A stretch of DNA of 64,000 bases from Octopus vulgaris. Taxonomy: Eukaryota. Below are positions 13,590 through 29,129 of the stretch, piece by piece (positions within the stretch are counted from its first letter, which is position 1; each line of letters begins with the position of its first letter). The notes under the pieces were generated by a model. The model saw only the letters and a list, made by a program, of their open reading frames with translations. It was not told the origin of the DNA and did not search any database. The position numbers and the translations under genes were made by a program. The stretch lies in contig OX597821.1 of the NCBI GenBank assembly GCA_951406725.2, positions 31,682,001 to 31,746,000 on the forward strand. The letters are read 5' to 3'.

Positions 13590-14369
13590 CTACATCCTTC
13601 CCTCTGAAATGAAACTGTCTATCAATAAAACGGCATATACCGCAACGGTAATCACGAACAGGAAATCCTATATCTACATATATTAGATCTAAAGTAAACG
13701 GTTTCAAGGCACGAAAGGCCCATTACACGTAGATTTTACAACCCGAACAGGAACAAGTTATATCACACCACACACATATATGGATATTACAATAAGAAAA
13801 AAATTTTAAATTGTTGTTTTGAAAATTTTATTTTATTTTTCTTCCGAATATTAACGCCCACATTCCAAATAAATAGAATAAATATAGTATGCAACAACAA
13901 CAAAAAGTAAATATTTGACCAACTAAAACATACCGTCTACTTTGTGTACACGTAAAAAAATCAGTAAAAATGTTGACACACAATTGCTTAATCTTTTAAT
14001 ACTGCACTAACTCTTGAACATTTGAATAGTACAATGTCAATCCGAAGAATAAATTTAATGAAGCTATAAATATGGTACTATAACTAAATGCCAACACGGA
14101 CACACATACATATTCAGACATGCGTACAAAGTCCTACATACATGAATAAGTACTAAGCACTAACATAACCCCATTAAATCAAAAAGAATATCTCAATAAC
14201 ACAGCAACTCACTATCGAGCTTAATTACCGCTACACAGAAACCCACATGTCCAAGGATATTCAATCAGCAGAGACTCGACAATAACAATGAATTACAGTC
14301 AAAAAATGTCCTACATTTCGAAATTTCGTAATCCCTATCAATGATACTCTTAAGTTCAATGAATTAGTA
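13590..14369 (-). pseudogene. Two decayed exon-like coding blocks (14369-14142; ~13790-13590)
   Basis: tctttgtgCAG acceptor then FIELKSIIDRDYEISKCRTFFDC..., ending at GTATGT; second block is Cys-rich (CVWCDITCSCSGC..YRCGICRF) and ends at GTATTC. Confidence 0.4.
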
Positions 14370-14519
14370 CTGCACAAAGATATAGTCATATATCAGACTG
14401 ATATATACATTCTCTCTCTCTCTATATATATATATTTATATATATATATGTATATATATATATACATACATATATATATACATATATATATATTTATAAA
14501 AATATATATATATATATAA

Positions 14520-14552
<33 letters not shown>

Positions 14553-14619
14553 TATATACATACATATGTATATAGATGTAGATATATATATATATACATA
14601 CATATGTATATAGATGTAG

Positions 14620-14659
<40 letters not shown>

Positions 14660-15448
14660 TATATAAATACATAGTTATATATAGATACCTATGAAATTAT
14701 TTTTGATTTTTATCCTTATTTGATAACCTTACATATCCCTATTTTTTCTTATTATTTTCTTATATAATTTTAATGTTTTTTATATATTTTATAATTATTA
14801 TCTTATTACTTTTATTGTTCATTTTCATTTTCATTTAAATATTCTTATTTACTTTAATTACTTATTTCCAAATACACTTTACTCTTTTACGCGTTTCAGT
14901 TATTTGACTGTTGCCATGATGGAGCACCGCCTTTCGTCGAGCAAATCGACCCCAACACTAATAATTTGTAAGCCCAGTACTTATTCTAAAGACATGCTGT
15001 TTGACTGCATGTCTTTCTATTTTATAAGTAGTCTCTCTCTCTATATATATAGACATAAGCCAAAATATAAATAACAAATAAAATATTTTTTTATTGACCT
15101 CAAAAAGTATTAAAATTAATAATCAATATATAATAAGTAAAAAAAAATACATACGTTTCATGGTTACAATTAAATTCAAATTACAATTAAATTTAAATTA
15201 ATTAAAATAAATTCAATTTAAAATTATATTCAATCTTCAGGTTAAAAATAACAATTAAATAAATAAACAAATAGAGATAAACGGTATTTATTTAAAAAAT
15301 AAATAGAATAATATTTTTCTTCTAGAAGAAACTCCATTAACTAAATTTGAAACTTAAAACATCAGGGTTAGTTTCCTACAATCATTTATTATGTGAAATA
15401 CTTAATATTTAAGGTAAAACAAATAGACTAAATAGATAGAGTAAATAG

Positions 15449-15506
<58 letters not shown>

Positions 15507-15608
15507 TATTATATATATATATATATATATACACATATATATAGAGAGATAGATATGTATATATATATATTTATATATTATATATATATATATATACATA
15601 TCTATCTA

Positions 15609-15653
<45 letters not shown>

Positions 15654-15692
15654 CTATATATATACATATGCATATATGTATGTATATATATG

Positions 15693-15731
<39 letters not shown>

Positions 15732-15905
15732 ATATACATATATATATATGTATATACATATATATATATATATATGCATACATATATACATATATATAAT
15801 TATACGTGTATGCCTGTGTTTGGGTGACTATGTGTCTTTGTCTACATGATTATTTATGTATGTATCAGTATTACATTGGGAAATTTTTGTTTCATAGATA
15901 ATCTC

Positions 15906-16820
15906 TCAATTGGTCTTATCTAGAAATACATTCTTTGCGTACATCATCTCATGCACAAATTGAATTATATCTCTTTCTTGATATGTGGACTTGTAGCTCT
16001 CTATATATACATGTTCGATTATATGTTCTAACGAAAGGTTGAGCGTATCGGATATTTTGAGGGACATATTAAATGTGAGAGTATGATCAATGTAAAATTC
16101 ATCCTTAGTTGAATTTTTCAAAAATATATTTTCCAGATAAAAATATTTTGCTCTGGATATATCTCAAAATTTCGTTGTTGAAATTGATAAGAATTTAAAA
16201 TGTTCTCCTACATTATTTTCCATCTTTTGCATGTTTTTAGCCGATACAACATTCTTGCTACATCGACAAATATCTTCATTTGTTGTGTTGAGATAATCTT
16301 TAAAAACGTTAGATTAAAACAATTATAGAATGTATATATACCGAATTGTAGCGACAACAGTGTGTCTAAAATGTTGTTAAAATACTATCAAAAGAGTGAA
16401 TGTTCTGTATTTGTCTTCAATTATTTTATCGAATCACGTGACATAGCCAATCAATTAGATTTGATTACATATCGATAAAATGAATTCATTAAAGTTCGAT
16501 CATTCCGAAGCTATTTGATAGGAATTATTATAGGGTACAATGTTGTCGTTCGCTAACATCGTCTCAATCGCTCATAATCGATCTTCCGTCTCCAGAAATA
16601 ATTTAAATCTACCGTAATTGGATATCAATGTTATCGAAGCGAATTATTCTAAATCCGAATCAGCTGCATCTTCGCAAATAATCAAAATTAATTACAAAGA
16701 TACCGTGTTATATAGATTATATCTATAATTTAAACACTCAACATTGCACATTTTAGCGCTCATGAATTCATCAGCAAATGATGAATGGCTGCTTGCCAGA
16801 ACAAAATTCGTACATAGATG
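15906..16820 (-). pseudogene. Decayed coding block (~300 codons), unknown gene
   Basis: Mostly one frame (LIICEDAADSDLE..RFKLFLETEDRL..IIQFVHEMMYAKNVFLDKTN) with scattered stops. Confidence 0.5.
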
Positions 16821-17177
16821 ATACTACTTCTTAATTAAGTAATATACATACATAGATGTATATGTAACCTAGCAGTTTACTGTCCATTATTTCTATTTAC
16901 GAATTAAATTGATTGTCTATATTTTTAGTCTGCAATAATATCAATAAAGTTTCTTTACAATAAGGACACTTAGAAGAATGCTAGCATTAATTAAACATTT
17001 AAATAGCAATCACACACCGTCACATACACGTGAAATCATATACATCCAACAACACGTATACACACAGAAAATAACTATATATTTAATGAAAGATTTAATT
17101 GTGTACCTAATCACAGTTACTTAAAAATTTCAGTTTTTGGAGTACTTTTTAATACGTTGAAAAATTCGTAACACTAA

Positions 17178-17260
<83 letters not shown>

Positions 17261-17308
17261 CATACATACATACATACATACATACGTATATATATACGCA
17301 CACACATG

Positions 17309-17398
<90 letters not shown>

Positions 17399-17469
17399 TA
17401 TCTATATGAGTCAAGTATTCCAAATGTTACAAGTCAACGATGAAGCTTGATGAGCTGTATCATATAATA

Positions 17470-18225
17470 ACCTATATATCCTTACGCTCGTTGCAGGAAA
17501 TTGAATTTCTATTGGGCGAATCTTCAAACCGTTAAATATATATATAAACGGGAAAAACCGCCCTCATCTTCACTCCAAATACTGTTCTAAATACGTAGTT
17601 CATGACCCTGATCCTACAGATGGATGCACAAAATTCAACAGATACACTTTCTTCCATCCTCAACTATACCAAGTGTCCGTGTCGCTAATGATGTGCCTGA
17701 ACCCAGAATGCAACTACCAAACGAACGAAAGATAAAAGAAAACCAAACGAAATAAAAATAAACAGTAACAGAGGAGTGCACCAACCTCAACAGATTCAAA
17801 ATACAACCACACTTCACCACCTGGAACCAAACAACGAGGACAAAATTATGGGGAAATCATTACACCTAATAAAAATGTATCATCTGATCAAGTGGCAAAC
17901 CAAAAAGTTGTAAAGTAATATATTCGTCTGGAGTGTTAAAAATCGATTTTTAATAAGTAACTTTTTGCATGAATAACTTCCACCTTAACTATACATTTTC
18001 AACTATATACGTTTGAATTAAGCTCTACATACTTTCCATGCAACATAATTTAATCGTATCTAAGAAACTTTTACGTTAAATAAATACTCATGCGCATAGT
18101 TATATTCACTAATAATATAACATGCTATAATTTTCTAAGGATATTTCCTCAACTAGGGTCAGGACCAAACATTTGTGAGTGGGAAGAAGTTGATTATATG
18201 AAACTTTCTTTCTTGTTATATTTCC

Positions 18226-18264
<39 letters not shown>

Positions 18265-20620
18265 TATCTCTTTCTCGTTCTTACTGTCACTACTATCAAT
18301 CGTTTGTAAGTGTGTGTGTTTTCACATGTAACAAATAACACTCATTAATACATATTCACTTGCACAGAATTTTAGATTGAAGGCTAATTCATAGCCGCAG
18401 ATATTGCAAAATATTTCTGGCACGGCTGGTGCTATAAACCGTGGTTTAAATTCCATTTTCTCTCGTTTCTGCATGATGTTTCATTCTATTTAACTGTGAA
18501 CATTTATTTATTTTCCATAACCGTAATCATATTCTGTTTCACTCATGTTCACACATGTAGTCGTATTGAGATTATATTATTCTCAAGAACACTGTTTGAT
18601 AAACAAATTTATAGTGGAGATTCTGGAGCCCTCGATGACCATTTTTACTATGTCAGCTCTCAGCGTAGGACGGACATGAAGGTCAAAATGTCCTATATAC
18701 AGATAAAGAGTCCCATAACTTCCTAACTGGTGACGTGGCTCGACATATGTTCGCTATATGACGCATGTAGTGCAACTGGCATCTTATCAACATGTTGTTG
18801 TACCACCATAATACAACATCAATATAAAATCAGTACTCAATACGTTTTTCATTTTGTAGTTAGTTTGAATATATCGGTGTTTGTACAACATATTCCTGTT
18901 TTTCTAAAGCGACAACTGGTGACTCATTTGCAAAGAAACATCTAGTCCATGTCCTTGACAACACAAAATCTAAGACTTAATGATACATTATTCCCCTCTG
19001 TTGGAGAAGGATCACTTCATGATGATCAAATAATCATATTCTAGCACTAAGGATTTATGTCAATGCAATAATTCAGTGTTTTTACATTCACCCGTAAGAA
19101 GTACACTGTCACTTGAGATCGAAAATTATGTATATTTTTCTGTGTATCATCTAGGAAAAGAGCCACTATGGCTGAGTCATCGTTAAAGAGAGGTACCCGG
19201 CTACATATATTCGAAGACTACCTATCAGACCTTAGTCAAAATAAGATAACCACCGACTGCTCTAACATTCTTCAGTCAGCAGTTTCAATGTCGTGCTTTG
19301 AACAGCTCTCAGAAATATTCATTAAACATTGGAATGGATATAGAGTCCTGCCTATATTTCATAGACGAAAATAATTTATCTGACGCACGCACCCGAGAAA
19401 TTTCGTGACTAAACAAAATCATAGATAGATCTGTCATTCTAGACAAATTCGTCCGAACATTCATGTTTAGCAATACAGAGTTTAACTGATGTTTCATGAA
19501 TAAAAAAATAATGTTGCATCTGTGATGCATACAAAATCCACATGGTCTTCTGGAATAATTCTCACAGATCGTCTTGGCATTTTCTTTCGTAGAATTTTCT
19601 CTACAATTCAGAGGAGTGTATTGTTTGGTACTTTCCACAGTCCTGACAATCAAACCTCCGTTTATTTCTGTATAGATATATTAAGACATATGTAGGTATC
19701 TCCTTTTTCTTTCCCTCTTTCTCTATGTCTATCTGCTTGTGGAAAAAGCAGGCTGCAATCAGACCAAGAAGGTTAATGTTATTGCACCATCTAAAAATGT
19801 CGAAGACACAGCACATGTTTTCATGGAACCGCACACACACAGATGAACATACATATATCAATTACAAAAGAATTCATAATTCCTAACAATTCTGAATAAC
19901 ATTCGATGTTCAAGTAATAATCCGCTCCAAAGAGTATATTTTGTTACAATTATCCATGTTGCAAATCCTGCAAGAAACCACTGACAATAGATATTTTAAG
20001 AACCTAAGTGTCCAGTAAAGTTTTTTACTTGATAAAGTTATATTGAATTAATATATGTTTCTTTACTACCCACAAGGGGCTAAACACAGAGGGAACAAAC
20101 AAGGACAGACAAACGGATTAAGTCGATTACATAGACCTAAGTGCGTAACTGGTACTTAATTTATCGACCCCGAAAGGATAAAAGGCAAAGTCGACCTCGG
20201 CGGAATTTGAACTCAGAACGTAACGGCAAACGAAATACGGCTACGCATTTCGCCCGGCGTGCTAACGTTTCTGCCAGCTCGCCGCCTTTTATTGAGTTAG
20301 TATAATGAAGCATGCATTTATTTACTTCATCTATTCAAATTGAAAGTGATCTAAACATAATATTAAGAACAACTTTTGTTTTTATTCTACTCTTTTGGCC
20401 TTGATAAGTTCTCCGGTAATTGTGAAGGTCACAAAATCCACCCGTAGCAATAATTTTCGGTTTTTTTATATTATTTGCCCACACTTTTGACAAGCCATGA
20501 TCTAATAATGATGTCTGTCCAGATTTCCACAACATTATATTACATACGTTGATATATGTTTGAGAACGACCACCATGACAACCAAAGAAATATTGCACTT
20601 ATTTCTTCTGATATTTCATT
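17470..20620 (-). pseudogene. Cluster of decayed coding blocks, possibly one large gene
   Basis: Blocks 20620-20335, 20030-19745, 19665-19150 (after cttaatatatctataCAG), 19050-18350 (MEFKPRFIAPAVPEIFCNICGYEL) and 17700-17470; interrupted by a SINE and microsatellites. Confidence 0.45.
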
Positions 20621-21686
20621 GTTATGTGTAAATACATTGATAATGGCTAAACAAAGAGTGAAGCGAATTATTGGCTAACATAAGGTGAGACAATGTTATA
20701 TCACTTAATGATATCAATTCTACGATATCAATTATTAAAACAGAGTTTAATTGCTTCTCGACGCATACAGCTTAAAGTAGTTTGTCAAACCGGCGTCTAA
20801 TGTTTTCATTCCAGCCTGTCTAATTAAATGAGATCTCAATTAACCATTAACTTCGTGATAGTAAACACAATGCCTAACTACCATAATGGGTACAACTTAT
20901 GTCGACATAAGTAATTTGTATATAGTAAATATATTGCAACACCGTAAGAGTGCACGAGATTGGTTCGTAACTAATAGAAAAATACCATACTAATTATTGT
21001 AAGCAATATGTATAATGAACTGATACTTTAGCAATCATTTACCAGGTTATTCTCATAATGAAAAGTCTCCTGCAATTTGCGTAAAATAATTTAATTTAAA
21101 GAAGTAACTGAGTGTACTAGCATTCGGCATAGATATACATTAGAAACATCCAATCGCTGTCAATTAAAAGGTAAATTTATAATCAATTTTTTTTTGCTAG
21201 GCCAATATGTGCGTGGGGGGTCGTGTGTGCGTGCGTGCGTGTGTGTGTGGTTCTTACTTTTGTAGTAAATTAAATCCATAGGAAAACAGTCGAGTATTAT
21301 TCGACAGCAACTGCCCTAAGTATCAAATTATTTTGCATCGTGCCGAGATATTATGAATGACATCAACAATTGGTAATTTAATTAATTTTATTTTCAACTA
21401 CATAATAAGCATCGAAACGACATACTATTTTAACTCCCCATTTCGAACTCAAAAATTGTATTTTGAATTTTGCCAATAATCCAACTTCAACAATACGGCA
21501 AATATTTATTCCACAATTCCCAAAACGCTGGAAGTGCTTAGTTACTATAATCTATTAGTTTCTTTTGCATATTCTTAGTTTATGCACGTGTATGCAAATA
21601 TAGTATTGATATATCCCATTTATGTTCATTAGAAATTAAATAAATAAAGAATTTTGACTTGTACGAATATTTATTTTCCCCCACTG

Positions 21687-21719
<33 letters not shown>

Positions 21720-21959
21720 ATATACACACATACATACATCAGTACATACACATTACACACACATACATACATACATATATATATATATATATGTATATAT
21801 ATATTATTTTTAAACAATATATATAAAAGTACATATCAAAGTTAGAAATATATCATACAAATTATACGTATTCGCTTATACACATACACATATCTTGAAA
21901 TCACGATCAGTGTGTTAAGGTCATTTGGATGTGCTTCCTGAAAAATATACATACACACT

Positions 21960-22530
21960 AAGAAGGAATATATTCACAGAACACTACAGAGTTGGGACTT
22001 ACATACACTGGAAGCTATGCCAACATTATGGAATAACAACAGAAAAAAGATGGTATAGGCACACACCAGAAAAGGTCACAGAAAACGAGAAAGCAACCAA
22101 ATTCTGGGATATGCCAATACACACAGATAGAGAAATTAAGGCCAACAGACCAGATATAGTTGTCAGAGATCATGAAGAAAGAAAATGCTTTCCATTTGAT
22201 GTATCAATACCAGCAGATGACAACGTGTCTCTAAAAGAAATGGAGAAACTTTCAAAATACAAAGACCTGGAAATAGAGGTAACTAGAATGTGGAATCTAA
22301 AAACAGAAACAATTCCTATCATAGTAGGTGCATTAGGCATGATAAAAAATATTCGGGCACATACATAACAAAAACACATATAACATACAGAAGATTGCAC
22401 TACTAGGCACTTCACACATCCTACGCAGAACACTTTCAATACAGAAAACCATCAGAGAATCACAACAAATCACAGCACATACCCAAGGCACACAGAGCTG
22501 CGCTCGGTAGTGAAGTGAAAGTACATTATA
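21960..22530 (+). mobile_element. R4/Dong-like LINE 3' end (RLE endonuclease plus 3' UTR)
   Basis: IHWKLC..WY.H.P..FWD..IHTD.EI.ANRPDIVV...D...EKLSKY.DL; followed by (TAA)n. Confidence 0.88.
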
Positions 22531-22552
22531 TAAATGAAACTACTGAATAATG

Positions 22553-22607
<55 letters not shown>

Positions 22608-22627
22608 CAATAATAATAATAATAATA

Positions 22628-22962
22628 TATGGTTAAGGCAGTGGACACGCAGTAGTAGGATTGCGGTTTCGATTCCCAGACCGGGCGAATCACGTAAATC
22701 TTCACGTGTTTCCGGCAGGGGATGGTAGCGAACTCTGCTGAACTCCTTCACCACAACTTATTCACACTCTTTTTTCTTGTTTCTGTTGTACCTGTATTTC
22801 AAAAAGCCAGTTTGTCACACTCTGCGTCACTCTGAATCTCCATGAGAACTACGTTAAGGTTATACGTGTCTGTGGAGTGCTCAGCCATTTGCATGTTAAT
22901 TTCACGAGCAGGCTCTTTCGTTGATCGGTTCAACTGGAACCCTCGTCTTCGTAACCGATGGC
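22628..22962 (+). mobile_element. tRNA-derived SINE family C (second copy 38637-38997 +)
   Basis: TGGTTA(A/G)GGCAG..GCGGTTTC(G/A)ATTCCCAGACCGGGCG head and shared body in both copies. Confidence 0.8.
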
Positions 22963-23601
22963 GGGCCTCGATATATATATTTATATACACTGCAATATAA
23001 AAACATAACCATATAATAATATAAAGACAATAAATACACATCATTACAGCGCATATAAATACTTTTGTAAATCCTCACACAAGGATATTCAAGCAAATGT
23101 TGCACGTGATAAACTAATGGGGTAAGGTATTCTGAATAAATGGTAAATGATAGAATTTGCGGAAATGAAATGGAAAGTAGTAGTCCATACAATTAGAAGT
23201 TATTAATTACTACGCTTAACATAAAACTGACAGATTTTAAAACAATAAAATATAACCCAGATATAATCTCTGCAGTGATAGCAAAACAATTCCATTTTAT
23301 GAGATTTATCACAAAGCTTATCTCGGTGTTTTAACCAGAGACTAGTGAATGTCTGGAAACCGTATGTTTAATGGCGATAATATTTAATGAACCATATCCT
23401 CCTAATAGCCCTGGTTTGATGCCAACAGATAACGTAGCAAAGAATAAAACTAAAATAATAATCTCTGACTTTTCACACACAATAAAATATGCATCAAATT
23501 CAGATAAAATACCTTTCTCAAATGTTAACTTATATAATGGAGTACCTTATACAAGTGATATGCATTACCTAAATATTTTCTCTTTACTCACACACACACA
23601 C

Positions 23602-23659
<58 letters not shown>

Positions 23660-23723
23660 ATGAATTCAAATATGCGTGTATTTCAGTGTACATTTATCTC
23701 TCTACAATTCTATCAAACCATCG

Positions 23724-24918
<1,195 letters not shown>

Positions 24919-25020
24919 TAATATTTACTGAATCTCAGTTTTTTATGCGCTTAACCACTGGTGTTAAATTGATATTATTAAATTAATATACAATTTTTTC
25001 ACCCTTATTTTGATTTTAAT

Positions 25021-25095
<75 letters not shown>

Positions 25096-25249
25096 ACACA
25101 CACAAAAAATTATATATATATATATTTACACACATATCTATATATATATATACAATTATACATATATGTATGTATATATGTATGTGTATTGGCACACATA
25201 AACAAAAATGTAAATTCATAGAAATGTTTATTTCTATGTATATTTTTTA

Positions 25250-25445
25250 TGACATGAAACGAAATTTGCGCAGACATTGACCACAACGAGCAGCTGTCAC
25301 CGAAACATAACTCTCAACAGCTTCGTACAGAACAGAAGCGAGATTTGCTTGGCAAGACGTATGGAAGAAAATATTGAGTCTGTCACGGCTACATATGGAA
25401 CTATGTGATACAGTGATATTATTAAGCTTTCCATGCCCTTCTGTA
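25250..25445 (+). pseudogene. Decayed exon-like block
   Basis: HETKFAQTLTTTSSCHRNITLNSFVQNRSEICLARRMEENIES..., one stop, ends at GTATTT. Confidence 0.3.
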
Positions 25446-26229
25446 TTTTAATAATATAATTTCACCAAATTTATAACATATGTTGTTTTCGCTTTTCATT
25501 GTAACAATGCCAACATTATAATTATAGATATATGTTAACTTTGTGGGGAAATAAATAAATCATAACTATGCAAATATAATATGCACAGATACATTTAAAT
25601 ATCGTCAGAAATTAGCTGTCCAGTATTAAATACTAACAATATATCATCTATGATTTTTTGGTAAATATGAAAACTTTTGGTCAAATTACATCACACCACC
25701 TGTACATCGGAGTTCTTGAAATGGAGCTTTAATCTATAATCAAACAAGTGGGCAATTCAATGTTATATAGTGTACTCTTTGATCAATTTTACCCGAAATT
25801 TATTGATGTTTGTATACAAATAGCGAATAACAATAATTTCATATATGGTGGCTCATAACAATATTATTTCTTTAAGCACTAATCAACAACTTATAGCAAA
25901 TGCAAGCATAACGGATATATGTGGTGAATAAAGAATTGGTATGCATATATATTTTTGTGTGTGAGTGTGTGGGTGTGGGGGTGTTTATGTGTATATATAT
26001 ATATATATACCGACACTCACAATTACACGCACTCTTACACTATAGATATAGATAGATACATAGATAGATAAATAGATAGCCAGATAGACAGAGAGAGAGA
26101 GATAGACAGACATACAGATATATAGATAGATAAACAGACAGACAGATAGATAGACAGGCAGGCAGACAGACAGGCAGTCAGATAGCTAGGTAGATATATA
26201 GATAGATAGATACTATATTCTGTATGATG

Positions 26230-27090
26230 TTGTTAAAGATATATTTAGAAATTGAGGGTAACGCAATATCTATCTTCCGTGGGTAGATAACTTGCCTGGA
26301 TTAATGCAAAACTTCCATGCTAGATACCGCCATCAAATGACATTTGATGATCGTCGAACTTAGGTTTTAATCACATTGGAATTTGGCTAGCAGTAATATT
26401 GCATATGCACACGCTAAGACTGCAGGTAATAGCAGAAGCTTTTGACAGTTTGTTCATCCGTTTAGCATCTAATGGTATTCACCATTGTTACATTAAAAAT
26501 CCTTTATTCAGATAGTTCATATTCACCATGCTGCAATCCCATAGTTTCAATATACACTTGCTCAAGTGGTTGCATGTTACATAACTCATAGATAAGACCC
26601 TGACATGTTATAATACCCCAGATTAGCATAGAACTTTTAACAATAAATAGCGATAAAGAGTTCGTTCTACATTCCTCAAAACCTGGAAATCCCACATTAG
26701 AACTCCAGTACCGGATGAATTTCAAAACCATATCCAAGACAAAATATGATTACGTATTCAATAAATCAAATAGGTTTGAAGATTCGATCTATATCATTCT
26801 TCGATTCTTAATTCCAAAATGGAAAAAACTGTTGTTAAGTGTATCTAGACAAGACGGGCAGATAGGTTTTTGTAAGCGTGATATATCATTAGCTGGTAAA
26901 TAGTGTCAGAGATAAAAAAAATGAAAAAGTAATTTGCAGTTAGAAGCTTAATGAAGTACAAATCAGTGAAGAAGAAGGGAGCGTTTAGAACTCTATGAAA
27001 AGGAGAAAGGAGAAATTCCAATGATAACGGAGTACAAATGAGCCGGTAAATTTTTATGGACTGAACTTTACTGGTGCATACACACTCACG

Positions 27091-27123
<33 letters not shown>

Positions 27124-27153
27124 CTATATATATATATATATACACACACACAC

Positions 27154-27220
<67 letters not shown>

Positions 27221-27228
27221 TATATATA

Positions 27229-27305
<77 letters not shown>

Positions 27306-27522
27306 TCAAAATGTGACCGCGTGTGTACAGTTGGCGATTTCTTTCCTCCGTCTTCCCCTCTTTGTTTCTTTCCTTTTTCTAAGTTTCTGACGAAGAGCTC
27401 CGCTCGAAACGTTAAACCCTCCTTCTTTCCTTCTTTCCTGAGCGTCCAATAATACTATACTTGTTCCACGTCCTCGCGTTGTTGTGTTTTCTCTTTGTGT
27501 TTTCATGTTTGAATTAACTTTA

Positions 27523-27570
<48 letters not shown>

Positions 27571-28593
27571 TATAAGTAATACTGTTTTGCTTTCTTTTTG
27601 TGGGGATGTAAGGAAATTGATCTGTGACAGTCAGTTTCAAAAAAAAGAGAATTTCTTGGAGCGATGGTAATTTTACGTATTTCAAAATAAAAACGATCAG
27701 GTTCAGTCTTCTTCCTCTTCTTATAATCTAATGAGTTGTGTCAAAATCCTCCTTTGCCCTCATTTGATTTGTTTAAAAACTATGTTCAAAGGAAGCAATT
27801 AAAGTCGGTGACTACTATTGTATAAGTATGAAGAAATATTTTGACACCCTATAATCGTTTGTGATATTCATAAAGAAACGAAATGTGAACGTAATAAGGA
27901 ATTTTGTGCTCTCAATTGCTTCCAATAGTTTACTTGTATCAATGTTCTCATAAAATTCGAATTTATAGTAAAAACACCTAGTAAAACATAGTAATATTAT
28001 GTAGCATACTATAAAAAACAAACGAATGGTAGTTAGATATGTTTCAAATTTTATGAAACAATAAAATTTTATGAAGCAATAAACAAATGTCATAGCTATC
28101 CACAAGCTATTATAATAATGATAGTAGTCACTCATAATTCGAGAAACATATTTCTGAAAGTTCTTGCTGAAAATCCTACAGAAATTTATATGCTTATACT
28201 GATCAGATATATGTGCTGTACGTGAGCTCATTGCCTTCTCTCTGAAATGGACGTTCCCTGAACAGGTGTACAGCGTTGAGTATGTCATATTTTGAAATGA
28301 CCGCTGAGAAAGGTGAGCTGAAACATTTTACTGAAAACACAATACACCATCCGGATTAGGAGTTCAGGAACTGAAACCCTGATCGTGTGAATATGAGTGC
28401 AAAATTCTAAGCACTAGATGGAGCTCCCTCATACAAAATATTAACCAGCATATTTAACACACCCAGCTATAAGGAAATCCCCCCTTCAATACAGCTAGAC
28501 ACTCGCAGGAACACATGTACATGTGGAAACAAATACTTCGACAGATATATATAAACGTGTGTTTAAGCATTTGTCTTCTGTATGTACAAATCC

Positions 28594-28654
<61 letters not shown>

Positions 28655-29025
28655 ATCAGTATTTTATGTCAGTAGATGCGTCCGAATTATAAACAATACT
28701 GTCGTAAATATGAGGGTAATGAATTAAAATAATTTATTACCAATGGTTTAAAACAATTTGTGTTTCTCTACACGAGAGCTGCGTCTATGTGTCGCTTGTG
28801 TGAGTATCACGTAAGGCTAGAGATGGGGGCGATGACCTCCCTTGAAAATACTATATGTGGACACAAACTGTGTGTCGATAACAAGCTGGAACAGATTTAT
28901 TCTAGGACTAAAACAACAGTAGCACCGTCATTTAGAAGATTGCGACATTCTGTTGGCATATAAACATTACGATTCGGTAATGTTTCTATCACTTGCTCAG
29001 AGATTTAAAACAAGTTGTTTTCCCT
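26230..29025 (-). pseudogene. Decayed coding blocks (29025-28760, 28290-27600, 26910-26230), unknown genes
   Basis: 157-aa ORF at 28288-27815; frame PICPSCLDTL..RYWSSNVGFPGFEEC..ETMGLQHG extends ~200 codons with stops. Confidence 0.45.
27310..27522 (+). mobile_element. Short HHR-bearing pLTR-like repeat (inverted second copy at 31697-31898)
   Basis: GTTT CTGACGA A GAGC TCC GCTC GAAA CG TT AAAC at 27383-27417; reverse-complement homolog at 31801-31835; both abut (TA)n. Confidence 0.8.
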
Positions 29026-29085
29026 GGTATATGTGTGTGTGTGTATATATTTTTATGAATGTGAATATATTTGTATAGAAATGTT

Positions 29086-29120
<35 letters not shown>

Positions 29121-29129
<9 letters not shown>

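Noticed and set aside
28990-29025. GKTTCFKSL Walker-A-like peptide on the minus strand
   Set aside because: The frame closes immediately and another frame is more open; insufficient evidence.
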